Shown piece after piece: positions 54,179-62,733 of a stretch of DNA of 64,000 bases. The DNA comes from an uncultured Candidatus Saccharibacteria bacterium (GTDB lineage Bacteria > Patescibacteriota > Saccharimonadia > Saccharimonadales > JAUPVS01), in the NCBI GenBank assembly GCA_964410185.1, contig CAYPFM010000001.1, positions 272,860-336,859 on the forward strand. The letters are read 5' to 3'. The notes under the pieces were generated by a model. The model saw nothing but the letters and a program-made list of their open reading frames with translations, was not told the origin of the DNA and did no database searches. Position 1 is the stretch's first letter. The number at the start of each line of letters is the position of its first letter. The translations under genes were made by a program, and so were the position numbers.

Positions 54179-55510
54179 ATGTCAGATACTAGTGGTTCAG
54201 GTGAAGCTTTTGGCGCGCCCTCGGCAGTTGAGTTTGAGAACTTGGTTGCAGGCGTTGCTAACCATGAGGCAAAACTTGCGGTGCTCGGTGTGTACGCAGT
54301 GTATGCAGATCATCATATGACCTATGGTGAGATGAAGACTGAAGTTGACCGGCGTCTTGGGGAAGAGGGTGGTTGGCGTCCGAGTAAGGGCCTCATAGCA
54401 GACTATACCGAAGCATCACTGAGCGATATTGGATGTGTAGTGGAAGGCGAAAAGGCCTTTAGAGGCCGGACGGTAGCCGCCTATCAGGTAACTGAACTGG
54501 GACGCACGCATGGTCTGGCGTTAGTTGGCGCGGTTGGCCGTTGCTCAATAGAGCATGAAGCACCGTCGGTTCAGCAGCTCCTAAGCCAAACGAATAGTTC
54601 GGGTGGAACTCGTGGTCCAGTTAATCGTGCCGGCATTATCGACCGTCTACTTGCCGCTGGGGATGAGGGAGTGAGCATCGATAAGATTGAGCTAGACAAT
54701 CTCGACGGGGACACCATCACGCATATTCTGCAAGGTTTGCGGCCCTTTTTAAGCTACCGATCCAAGTACGAGGGCGATTATAACCGTACCTTTGCCATCA
54801 GAGAGGACACTGCCTACAGCGGCAGAATACCCTACGAAGATATTTCGGCCGAAACACGTGCTATTTACGAAACCCTCAAGTCCATCAGAGAGGCCGGGGA
54901 AGTTCAAACAACTGTCAATGACTTTATTGGCGTGTTGCAGGAGGTGCATCCGAATGTAAACCTAAGGATTATCCGCCACAACCTACTCTCATCTGCGACG
55001 CCTGAAAGAGGTCGGTTGCCAGTCATCCAGTTTATTGATGAGGTGCCCGCGGATAAGATTCCTGATAGTGAAAGAACTGCAATATCCGTTAGGCCAGAGT
55101 ACCGGGCATTTTGCAAAGACCTTATCGAGGCACTAGAAGATATTAAGAACGGCGAAAACACTGCTGCCCACCAAAAAGAGGCGCGTGATATTCTTGGCGA
55201 TCCGGAGATACTCGCCATTCTTTTCAATAAGGCAGCCGAAAACTCGCCAAGAGTTCAAAAAGAGATGCGTGGAACAACCATTGGCGGTGAAGTCCTATCT
55301 GTTATTGGCAAAATTGACCCCGAAAATCCGCTTACCAGTAAGGCGATTCTACACGAGCTCGAAGCATGTGGGATTACAGCCAAACTTCAAACAGTCCAAA
55401 TTGCTTTAACAAGGCTTGAGCGCGAAGGCTCAACTTTGGTAACCACAAAGTCACTACGACCTGGCGCGAAACGAACCGTCAAGCACTACGGTCCCGTCCC
55501 TAAAGAGTAG
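54179..55510 (+). CDS. Orphan 443-aa protein with several winged-helix-like segments
   Basis: No catalytic motif. wHTH-like stretches include MTYGEMKTEVDRRLG...GRTVAAYQVTELGR and LTSKAILHELEACGITAKLQTVQIALTRLEREGSTLV. TGTCATAAT-N7-ATG upstream. Confidence 0.6.
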   Translation: MSDTSGSGEAFGAPSAVEFENLVAGVANHEAKLAVLGVYAVYADHHMTYGEMKTEVDRRLGEEGGWRPSKGLIADYTEASLSDIGCVVEGEKAFRGRTVAAYQVTELGRTHGLALVGAVGRCSIEHEAPSVQQLLSQTNSSGGTRGPVNRAGIIDRLLAAGDEGVSIDKIELDNLDGDTITHILQGLRPFLSYRSKYEGDYNRTFAIREDTAYSGRIPYEDISAETRAIYETLKSIREAGEVQTTVNDFIGVLQEVHPNVNLRIIRHNLLSSATPERGRLPVIQFIDEVPADKIPDSERTAISVRPEYRAFCKDLIEALEDIKNGENTAAHQKEARDILGDPEILAILFNKAAENSPRVQKEMRGTTIGGEVLSVIGKIDPENPLTSKAILHELEACGITAKLQTVQIALTRLEREGSTLVTTKSLRPGAKRTVKHYGPVPKE

Positions 55511-55535
55511 GTAGAGCAAAAGCGCGGAGGGGTTA

Positions 55536-56327
55536 TTATATTTCGGGCCTGGTTATGTCCAGTAGCTGTAGAATGCCCTCTTGTCTATCTCGTCTCTCTT
55601 GAGATGTGAGCCACCTAAGATGTGAGGTGCGTAGCTCTTCCTGCCATCCTGGAACGTCTCCGACAGGTAGTTCATCTCTTCTGTCTACTATCGCCTGAAC
55701 CTCTGCCTGTAACCGTCTGGTGCGGTATCCGCTAACAAAAGGCTGTAAATCTTCTAAGGCTGTGGCTTGTTGTTGCGTGGGGGTGTTGGGTGGCAAGAAA
55801 ATAGTATCGGGATGACTAACTACAACGGCTACGAGGGTTCGAACCAGTTTTGCGGTTTGCTTGGCAACAGCTCTAAGTTCTCGACCAGTCAATGCATCAA
55901 CTGCTCCCTCGCCAAGACTGCGAAGCGCACCGATGGAAGCGATAAAGCCACCGGTTAGGTTGACTCGTTCGGGCTCAGGAGGGTCATACAAACCAATTTC
56001 GATACTTCCGATACGCACAATGCGTTGTGCTTCTGTGCTTGCAAAATGGGCGAGTCCCGCGGCGGGAAGGTATTCATCATATGCCTGCAAATCTTCGATT
56101 GCCGTAATTCTTTGTCCAACTGCCGGTATCCCGCTAGCATCGACTGGAATGCCATCCTCGATTGCAAAACTTGCGGTGGGGCTATTGTCAGGGGTATGAG
56201 CTAGATATACTTGCTTCTTTGGTGCTGACTGCTCGGCAAACCCCGGACTAATGCCCATAAGTGAAGCAAGGTTATCTGCTGTCGGTACTAAGCTTTCTAG
56301 AATCTGCTGTTGATGCGGGTACGACAC
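55536..56327 (-). CDS. Orphan 263-aa protein
   Basis: Long ORF convergent with 54179-55510. GTG start without SD or -10 context (an alternative ATG lies at 56258). No motif recognised. Confidence 0.5.
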   Translation of the reverse strand: MSYPHQQQILESLVPTADNLASLMGISPGFAEQSAPKKQVYLAHTPDNSPTASFAIEDGIPVDASGIPAVGQRITAIEDLQAYDEYLPAAGLAHFASTEAQRIVRIGSIEIGLYDPPEPERVNLTGGFIASIGALRSLGEGAVDALTGRELRAVAKQTAKLVRTLVAVVVSHPDTIFLPPNTPTQQQATALEDLQPFVSGYRTRRLQAEVQAIVDRRDELPVGDVPGWQEELRTSHLRWLTSQERRDRQEGILQLLDITRPEI

Positions 56328-56464
56328 AATACTATTATTCTGGGCCCAAAACGATAAAATGCAACCATAACCGGAATAGTGAGTTCAGTCATCACCAGAC
56401 AGAAGTATTCGGGGCAATAGGTCGCGTTCTAGATAAAATGAGGCCATTGTGCTTATATTTAAGA

Positions 56465-57331
56465 ATGAAGATACCAGCTACCTTGCGGCGCCACAAAATA
56501 TTTGGGGGCTCAGTACTCATCTTACTTGTTTTAGTCAGTTTGCTCGTTGGTAAACAAATGATGCGTGCTGGCGTAGACACATCAAACCCGCCAAAGTTCA
56601 TTCAGGCCGACTTTGTTGATCTTTCCAAAATCTATAGTGTGTCTAAGTTTCGGTCTCTCGCGGGTCACGATTTCTCTGGTGGTGGTGAAGCCTGTCGGAG
56701 TATGAAGCATTACTTTGCGCCGCAACTCGATAAAGCCGCCCAAACCTATATGATGGAGCACAACTTTACTCCCCCTAAACCAGACGGGAAGACTGACATT
56801 CCAATTTATAGTCCGGTCGACGGCAAGGTGGTTAAAATCGCTTCCGAGAATAATGCAACGGGCAACCAGATATATATTGTTCCTGATAACGCGAAAGATT
56901 ATACGATTCGCCTATTTCACATCTGGCCACGTGCGGGCCTAAAAGCGGGTTTGTTATTTGGAATTGGAGGGAGTCACGTTAAAGCCGGTGAGCAAATTGG
57001 TGTTATTGGCGCCTACCAAGAAACCGATATTGCCATACAAGCCAAAGATAAGATAAAGGGTAGCACCTACGTCTCGTATTTTGATGTGATGCCCGACAAG
57101 CTGTTCGATAGCTATATCGCACGCGGTGTGGTCGCTAGAGACGACTTGATAATTTCAAAAGAAAAGCGAGATGCAAATGCGGTTACGTGCCAGTCGAGAA
57201 GCCAAGGGGAGCGGTTCAATAAACCACCCGGGTTCGACGAGAATGCCGATTATGTACGGCTGTCGGGGTATATAAAAGTCAACAGTGATGGGTCAATTGT
57301 GGGCGGGAGCGCAAACCCACAACACAACTAA
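56465..57331 (+). CDS. Secreted/anchored protein with degenerate LytM/M23-like beta-barrel region
   Basis: N-terminal TM (RRHKIFGGSVLILLVLVSLLVG). PVDGKVV...IRLFHI...VKAGEQIGVIG resembles the M23 core, but the HxxxD and HxH motifs are not intact. TGCTTATAT-N6-ATG upstream. Confidence 0.5.
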   Translation: MKIPATLRRHKIFGGSVLILLVLVSLLVGKQMMRAGVDTSNPPKFIQADFVDLSKIYSVSKFRSLAGHDFSGGGEACRSMKHYFAPQLDKAAQTYMMEHNFTPPKPDGKTDIPIYSPVDGKVVKIASENNATGNQIYIVPDNAKDYTIRLFHIWPRAGLKAGLLFGIGGSHVKAGEQIGVIGAYQETDIAIQAKDKIKGSTYVSYFDVMPDKLFDSYIARGVVARDDLIISKEKRDANAVTCQSRSQGERFNKPPGFDENADYVRLSGYIKVNSDGSIVGGSANPQHN

Positions 57332-57564
57332 TTCTTCTGTTTAGCCAGATACCCGCGAATGCCCGCGAAAAAATATAGCCCGGAAGCTATAAAAGTAGCC
57401 AGTAGGACCCCGCAAAAAATCAGTAACCCCTCCCAGGCATTCCCCTGGCCATCCGTGCTTATCACAAACACACTGGTCCCGAGCAACAGACCACTAAGGA
57501 GTAGTGTCACAAATGCGTACTCTAAATCTTGTCGAGTCCGAAAAATATTCCACAGTCTTTTCAT
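57328..57564 (-). CDS. Hypothetical 78-aa two-TM protein
   Basis: Two hydrophobic spans; TATAGT-N6-ATG upstream. Confidence 0.5.
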   Translation of the reverse strand: MKRLWNIFRTRQDLEYAFVTLLLSGLLLGTSVFVISTDGQGNAWEGLLIFCGVLLATFIASGLYFFAGIRGYLAKQKN

Positions 57565-57573
57565 AACTTAACT

Positions 57574-57600
57574 ATAACAAAAAGACTTCCGAAGAAGTCT
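57574..57600 (-). terminator. Rho-independent terminator (minus strand)
   Basis: AGACTTC-TTCG-GAAGTCT followed by TTTTTGTT on the minus strand, downstream of 57683-58066. Confidence 0.65.
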
Positions 57601-57682
57601 CTCGTGGTGCAGGTCTATTGCTTGTATGTTCTGGGTGCCATCAGCAATTCAAAACAAAAGCATACTTCTTAATGTGCTGACT

Positions 57683-58066
57683 TTATAGATTTGAGGTTAA
57701 GAAAGCTCTCAGACTTACTAGATCTTTTTTAGTTGGGTCGTAGTAGTATGTTTTTATTCCTGCAGTTTCGGCACTGTTGACGGCTTCTTGATTGTGTTCA
57801 AAGAAAATTACCTCGCTGGCTTGAAGGTTGTATTTTTCAAGCAGTATATGAAAGTATTTTGGGTCTGTTTTCTCTGGGTCGTGCTTTAGGCTAAACACTT
57901 CGTACGGCACTTGGCCAAGATTATATTGCTTGAACTGCTCATCATTAGCACCGGTAAGTACAATTTTTCTATTTGGAAAAGTTTCAAGCATTTCGTACAT
58001 TTCCTCAAACAGCGTGCCGTCTTTCAGTACTATGCCGTCAATTGCATCAACTAGTATCGTTTTCAT
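57683..58066 (-). CDS. Small HAD-like protein with non-canonical motif I
   Basis: 127 aa; ILVDAIDGIV in place of DxDxT, VLTGAN, IFFEHN. TGCTACAAT-N7-ATG upstream. Confidence 0.5.
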   Translation of the reverse strand: MKTILVDAIDGIVLKDGTLFEEMYEMLETFPNRKIVLTGANDEQFKQYNLGQVPYEVFSLKHDPEKTDPKYFHILLEKYNLQASEVIFFEHNQEAVNSAETAGIKTYYYDPTKKDLVSLRAFLTSNL

Positions 58067-58182
58067 AATCTTAATTGTAGCAAACTTCCAAAAGGTCTTG
58101 AATTAAACAAACAGATACAAATTGGTGCCAATAGTACGGTGGTGTTTCTATTAGAACGAACTGGTATCTGTTTAGGTATCTT

Positions 58183-58259
58183 TGGAGGGCCAGGAGGGAC
58201 TCGAACCCTCGACATTCTGCTTAAGAGGCAGACGCTCTAACCAGCTGAGCTACTGGCCC
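58183..58259 (-). tRNA. tRNA-Lys (anticodon CUU), CCA encoded
   Basis: Reverse complement folds with GGGCCAG/CTGGCCC acceptor and anticodon loop CTCTTAA; 77 nt. Confidence 0.93.
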
Positions 58260-58293
58260 ATGTTGTTCATAACTATGTGTTGAGAACTGTGCA

Positions 58294-58322
58294 ATTCTAC
58301 CATATACCCCTGTTAGAGGCAA
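58294..58322 (-). promoter_or_regulatory. Putative promoter of tRNA-Lys(CUU)
   Basis: Minus strand: TTGCCT, 17 nt, TGgTAGAAT. Confidence 0.45.
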
Positions 58323-58394
58323 GTGTAAGGTTTATACTCCATTTTTCTGAAAAAGTGCTGTATACTCAAAGTAACATTAACAACGGAGGGCATA

Positions 58395-58871
58395 ATGCTC
58401 AATCTTTTAGCAGCAGCAACTAGTTACGACTATACTTACACAACAACCACAACCAGCGGTAGCGGTGGTGCGGCACTTGGGGCAACTTTTGTTGTCTTGA
58501 TGCTCATTGCTTTGGTCTTCGCAGTTGTAGCCATTGTCGCCATGTGGCGCATTTTCGAAAAAGCCGGGGAAAAGGGCTGGAAGTCACTTATTCCAGTTTA
58601 TAACTCATGGATTCTATTTGAGATCTCTGGCAAACCAGGCTGGTGGGCGCTCGTTGCGCTTATCCCATACGTTGGTTCATTCGTTTACCTCGTCCTTTAC
58701 ATCCTGGCTGCCCTACAGCTGGCTAAGAACTTTGGTAAGAGCCAATCGTTTGCCATCTTTGGTCTGATCATCTTCTCAGTCGTTGGCATGTTGATGCTCG
58801 GCTTTGGTGATGCGAAGTACGTTGGTAAGAAATACGTTTCCGGTGGCACCACGCCACCAGCTGCCGCTTAG
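58395..58871 (+). CDS. DUF5684-like membrane protein
   Basis: IFEKAGEKGWKSLIPVYNSWILFEISGKPGWWALVALIPYVG; GGAGGG RBS. Confidence 0.7.
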   Translation: MLNLLAAATSYDYTYTTTTTSGSGGAALGATFVVLMLIALVFAVVAIVAMWRIFEKAGEKGWKSLIPVYNSWILFEISGKPGWWALVALIPYVGSFVYLVLYILAALQLAKNFGKSQSFAIFGLIIFSVVGMLMLGFGDAKYVGKKYVSGGTTPPAAA

Positions 58872-58892
58872 GTAGTCCGGATCTGTTTCGTA

Positions 58893-58922
58893 AAGAGTCA
58901 CCTCTGTGGGGTGGCTCTTTTC
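58893..58922 (+). terminator. Rho-independent terminator
   Basis: AAGAGTCACC / GGTGGCTCTT stem (one G-U pair) followed by TTTTC. Confidence 0.7.
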
Positions 58923-58930
58923 ATGCTACA

Positions 58931-59746
58931 ATGGCAGTAATGCAAAAGTTACTGAACGGTCGAGACCTGGCCGATTACATAAAGGAGCGTCAAGGCCACC
59001 AGGTTCGTGCCTTGGTGCAAGCCCACGGTATTCAGCCTAAACTGGCTATCTTGACCACTGGCGAAAACTCGGTTATCGAAGTCTACATGCGTATGAAAAA
59101 ACGCTACGGTGCCGAAATTGGCATCGAAGTTGATATCCATACGGTCGACCAAGCCGATCTGCTACCGCTCATTAAAAAGCTCAACAAAGATGACAGCGTG
59201 CAGGGCATGATTGTGCAGCTGCCGTTGAAGGACCCAAGTCAGACAGACGAAGTTGTTGATGCCATCGCTCCCGCCAAGGATGTTGACGCACTTGGTAAGG
59301 ACGCAATTTACGAACCCGCTACGCCGCTGTCGATTATTTGGTTGCTGGCTGGTTACAACATCGATCTTAAAGACAAAAAAATACTGTTAATTGGTCGCGG
59401 TAAGCTGGTTGGCGCACCCTTAGAGCGCATGTTCCAGGCTTCCAAATACGACGTTGAGGTCGCTAACAGCAAGGTGACTGATCTTAAGGCTATGGCGCTC
59501 AAGGCTGATGTCATCATTAGCGCCACCGGCCGCGCTGGAATCCTGCAAGCGGATATGATCAAGCCAGGCGCTGTGGTGGTAGACGCCGGAACTGCCAGCG
59601 AAGGCGGTAAAACCGTTGGCGACGTCGAACCGGCAGTTTTTGAACGCGACGACATCACCATTACGCCCCAAAAGGGCGGCGTTGGCCCGTTAACTGTCTG
59701 CGCCTTATTCGAGAATACTATCCGGGCTTGTGGCCAAAAGGCGTAA
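58931..59746 (+). CDS. folD: Bifunctional methylene-THF dehydrogenase / methenyl-THF cyclohydrolase
   Basis: LNGRDLADYIKE, VQLPLKDP, GRGKLVGAPL, PQKGGVGPLTVCAL. The real start may be the ATG at 58940, 7 nt after TGCTACAAT. Confidence 0.93.
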   Translation: MAVMQKLLNGRDLADYIKERQGHQVRALVQAHGIQPKLAILTTGENSVIEVYMRMKKRYGAEIGIEVDIHTVDQADLLPLIKKLNKDDSVQGMIVQLPLKDPSQTDEVVDAIAPAKDVDALGKDAIYEPATPLSIIWLLAGYNIDLKDKKILLIGRGKLVGAPLERMFQASKYDVEVANSKVTDLKAMALKADVIISATGRAGILQADMIKPGAVVVDAGTASEGGKTVGDVEPAVFERDDITITPQKGGVGPLTVCALFENTIRACGQKA

Positions 59747-60991
59747 GTCTCCAGGCATGCTGCTGGCAGCTAAGGCACGGTAATCGTAGTCTTCAGGGAT
59801 ATCGAACACATATTCCTTCAGTTCCGGGTAGATGTCCTGGGCAAGACGCATCGCCGCCCGGCTTTCTTTGATTTCACCCACGCACTCGAGGGGTTTGTCA
59901 CCTTCAATACCTAGTATTTGGCGATAGAGCGGTTCGAGCGAAGACTCCAGGAGCAGATTCTTGCCATGGAATAGTTTCTCTAATTCGTCGCGCGACACAA
60001 ATGGGGTCAGTGCCAGGAATACAAAGGCGCATTTTGGACAATGGCCACACCAGAACATGCTGTGACTGTCGTGGGTGAAAGCGCGGTTGCAAGAGCTAAA
60101 AACCGATTTATACTTTTCGAAATCATGCTTGGCGAAGATTTCTGCAATGTGAACCTCGGACAGGGGTCGAAGGAAGGAATAGTAGTGGAGGCTATCGCCA
60201 AAATCGTGCAGCAGTACCGCTTGGTAGCTTTTTTCAAAATCAAGTGACTTGGAGTACTGGTGGTTAATAGCAACACCTTGATACTCTAGAGTTGCTTCGT
60301 TGGCCGAGTTTTCGTTCGAAACAATTACATCGCGCTTACCACTCAGAATAGAGACGACAGTGCCCACGGCAGCAAAGATTGCCGAGATTGGGATGTGTCC
60401 ATTGTAGGCACCTTGTTTATTGTGCTCGAGCAGGGCTGGGTCCCAAGCTCTTTCCACCCAAAAGTGGGGTAGTCCGATGGTATTGATGAGGGGCTCAAGC
60501 TGCGATTGGTGATCCAGGCTCCAGGTTGCCGTATCTGGTAGGTGACGGAGGCGTTCGATACTGACCAAGGAGTCTTTGCCTCCACCAATGCCGACCAAAA
60601 GACCATGGCCGTCAACCATTACGGGATCAAGCTCCGAAGAATTGGCGGTGAAGGGGATTGGCGACAGGGGATTGAGCTTGTTAACGTAAAAGAATTCACC
60701 CAGACCCTTTTGATAGGTGGTTGTTAGAAAGTTAGCGGCAGTTGAGTCAAGCTGTCCCTTGTCGATCGCAATGTTTGGAGCCAAATACATCTTGTAGTAA
60801 GAAATGCCAGCCACAAAAAACAGCAGCTGGCAGGCCCGATCCAGGGCTGCGGCATTGTAATCGACAAAATCAAAGTTAAAACGGTAATTTTCGCGAAATT
60901 CTAGCTCATCGTCATAGCCGTAGGTCAGGTTTAGTACTTTGGTGGCCTTATCAAACGCATAGTCTTTAAAGCGAAATGTTTGGTAGTTCAT
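59705..60991 (-). CDS. PP-loop-like protein downstream of murD; candidate UDP-MurNAc-L-Ala-L-Glu epimerase (MurL-like)
   Basis: 428 aa; LLVGIGGGKDSLVS (SGGxDS-like), C-terminal WCGHCPKCAFVF. 4-nt overlap with murD. Family assignment is from memory of the MurD2/MurL pairing, not from a search. Confidence 0.55.
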   Translation of the reverse strand: MNYQTFRFKDYAFDKATKVLNLTYGYDDELEFRENYRFNFDFVDYNAAALDRACQLLFFVAGISYYKMYLAPNIAIDKGQLDSTAANFLTTTYQKGLGEFFYVNKLNPLSPIPFTANSSELDPVMVDGHGLLVGIGGGKDSLVSIERLRHLPDTATWSLDHQSQLEPLINTIGLPHFWVERAWDPALLEHNKQGAYNGHIPISAIFAAVGTVVSILSGKRDVIVSNENSANEATLEYQGVAINHQYSKSLDFEKSYQAVLLHDFGDSLHYYSFLRPLSEVHIAEIFAKHDFEKYKSVFSSCNRAFTHDSHSMFWCGHCPKCAFVFLALTPFVSRDELEKLFHGKNLLLESSLEPLYRQILGIEGDKPLECVGEIKESRAAMRLAQDIYPELKEYVFDIPEDYDYRALAASSMPGDLRLLATSPDSILE

Positions 60992-62328
60992 AGAGCCCTC
61001 ACCGCCGCTTGGTACTGTTGGCCACGATCTTCGAAATTCCTAAACATGTCAAAGCTAGCAAAGCCTGGTGATAGCAAAACACTATCGCCGGCTTGAGCAA
61101 CGGCCTTGGCGGCGGTGACTATTTGAGCCATTGATGCATCGGTCAGTACCTGGTAGTTACTGAAACCAGCTGCATCAAGGGCCGAAGTGAGTCGTTCGGC
61201 ACTTTGACCGACCACGAGTAACTTACGAATATCGGCCTGGTGCATGGCGATTGTTTGGGTGAGGTTCGTCAAATCAAGGCCACGGTCGAAGCCGCCAACA
61301 ATGACTACTTTTGGTCCCGTAACAGCGTTGAGGGCAGCCATGGCTGCCTCGGGCGTTGCCGCAAATGAATCGTTATAAAAACTGACTTCATCAACTTGGC
61401 GCACCAGCTCTAAGCGATGCTCTAGCCCCTTAAATTGACTAATAACCTGCTTGGCTACAGCCGCATCTTGACCAATCAATTCCCAGGTCGTGGCAATGGC
61501 GGCGCAAACATTCTCGAGGTTGTGTCGCCCCAACAGGGCTACGTCGGTTATGTCACAGATTGGCGTTTGATCCATGTAAATCGTCTCACCCTGCAGGTAG
61601 GCGCCGCTGGTGCTGGTTGGCATAGCGTCAGGCCCAGGGACCTCATAGCTCAGTTTGCGGGCGGGTGAAATACTAACTATGGTTTGTGAATTCGCTTCAT
61701 TTCGGTTATACACAGCCGTATCGGTCGCAACTTGGTGAGCGAAAAGCTGTTGTTTGGCAGTGACATACTCGTCCATATCGGCATGCCAATTCAGATGTTC
61801 CGGCACCACCATCAGGCAGGTTGCCAGGGTCGGGGAGTACTTAATGTCAATGAGTTGGAAGTTCGACAGCTCTAAAACCACCCAGTCGTCTGGTTGAATG
61901 CCGTTTTTGAGCATCTCGAGTGGGGCGACGCCAATGTTGCCACCGAGGTGTACGGTTTTTCCGGCCGCTTCAAGCAGCTTGCTAATCAGTGTCGAGGTCG
62001 TGCCTTTGCCCTTTGTGCCCGTAACCCCAATGATATTTTTTGTGGGGCAGACCCGAAAGAATTCATTGGTAACAGAGGTAACTTTCTCGAGGATATGGGG
62101 ACTGTCGGGGTTGGCGGCGCTAATGTCACCAGGGTACAAGCCTGGGCTGCGCACGATGATATCAAAAGCATCAAGATTCTGCAGATAGTCGGCACCCGTT
62201 TGCATAGCAACCCCTTCTGGGAGGGCAACTTCGTTTTGATCACAAACCGTTATCTCAGCACCATCTTTATGCCAGTAGTCTAGGGCCGCTTGGCCCTCTT
62301 TCCCGTAGCCTAGAATCGCGATCTTCAT
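60988..62328 (-). CDS. murD: UDP-N-acetylmuramoyl-L-alanine--glutamate ligase (MurD; possibly L-Glu-specific MurD2)
   Basis: Mur-ligase P-loop GVTGTKGKGTTSTL; 446 aa. Confidence 0.92.
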   Translation of the reverse strand: MKIAILGYGKEGQAALDYWHKDGAEITVCDQNEVALPEGVAMQTGADYLQNLDAFDIIVRSPGLYPGDISAANPDSPHILEKVTSVTNEFFRVCPTKNIIGVTGTKGKGTTSTLISKLLEAAGKTVHLGGNIGVAPLEMLKNGIQPDDWVVLELSNFQLIDIKYSPTLATCLMVVPEHLNWHADMDEYVTAKQQLFAHQVATDTAVYNRNEANSQTIVSISPARKLSYEVPGPDAMPTSTSGAYLQGETIYMDQTPICDITDVALLGRHNLENVCAAIATTWELIGQDAAVAKQVISQFKGLEHRLELVRQVDEVSFYNDSFAATPEAAMAALNAVTGPKVVIVGGFDRGLDLTNLTQTIAMHQADIRKLLVVGQSAERLTSALDAAGFSNYQVLTDASMAQIVTAAKAVAQAGDSVLLSPGFASFDMFRNFEDRGQQYQAAVRAL

Positions 62329-62330
62329 AA

Positions 62331-62705
62331 TTATTTACTGGCGAGCTGTGTTTTAACGAGTTCAGCCACTTGGCGCGGGGTCATATCTGCCTTAAGAATA
62401 ACCGCAGCCACTCCCATCTTCTTGACGCCTTCGGGGATTTCTTGCTCACCCATGTTCGTGAGGATGACCACCGTGATTGATTTGCCCCAGGTGGTTTTAC
62501 GCATTTTGGCCAGCATTTCGTCGCCATTCATCTCGGGCATCATAAGGTCGAGCAGAATAATGTCTGGCTTCATTGTCTCGGCTAGCTCTAAGCCAAGTTT
62601 GCCATTTTCGGCTGTCTCGACTTCGTAACCCTCGGCCTCGAACTTGATGCGGTACATCTGCGAGATAGCCTGGTCATCTTCGATAATTGCAATTTTTGCG
62701 GCCAT
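62331..62705 (-). CDS. Stand-alone response-regulator receiver domain protein
   Basis: 124 aa; IEDD, ILLDLMMP (phospho-acceptor Asp), VVILTN, ILKAD. Its stop lies 2 nt before murD. Confidence 0.88.
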   Translation of the reverse strand: MAAKIAIIEDDQAISQMYRIKFEAEGYEVETAENGKLGLELAETMKPDIILLDLMMPEMNGDEMLAKMRKTTWGKSITVVILTNMGEQEIPEGVKKMGVAAVILKADMTPRQVAELVKTQLASK

Positions 62706-62733
62706 ATATGAGTAGTATACTACGGGACCGGTA

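Noticed and set aside
58109-58173. 10-bp inverted repeat AAACAGATAC/GTATCTGTTT with a 45-nt loop, plus an AGATACC direct repeat, downstream of tRNA-Lys(CUU)
   Set aside because: It could be a weak terminator or processing structure. With a loop this long and no U-tract I cannot support a specific call.
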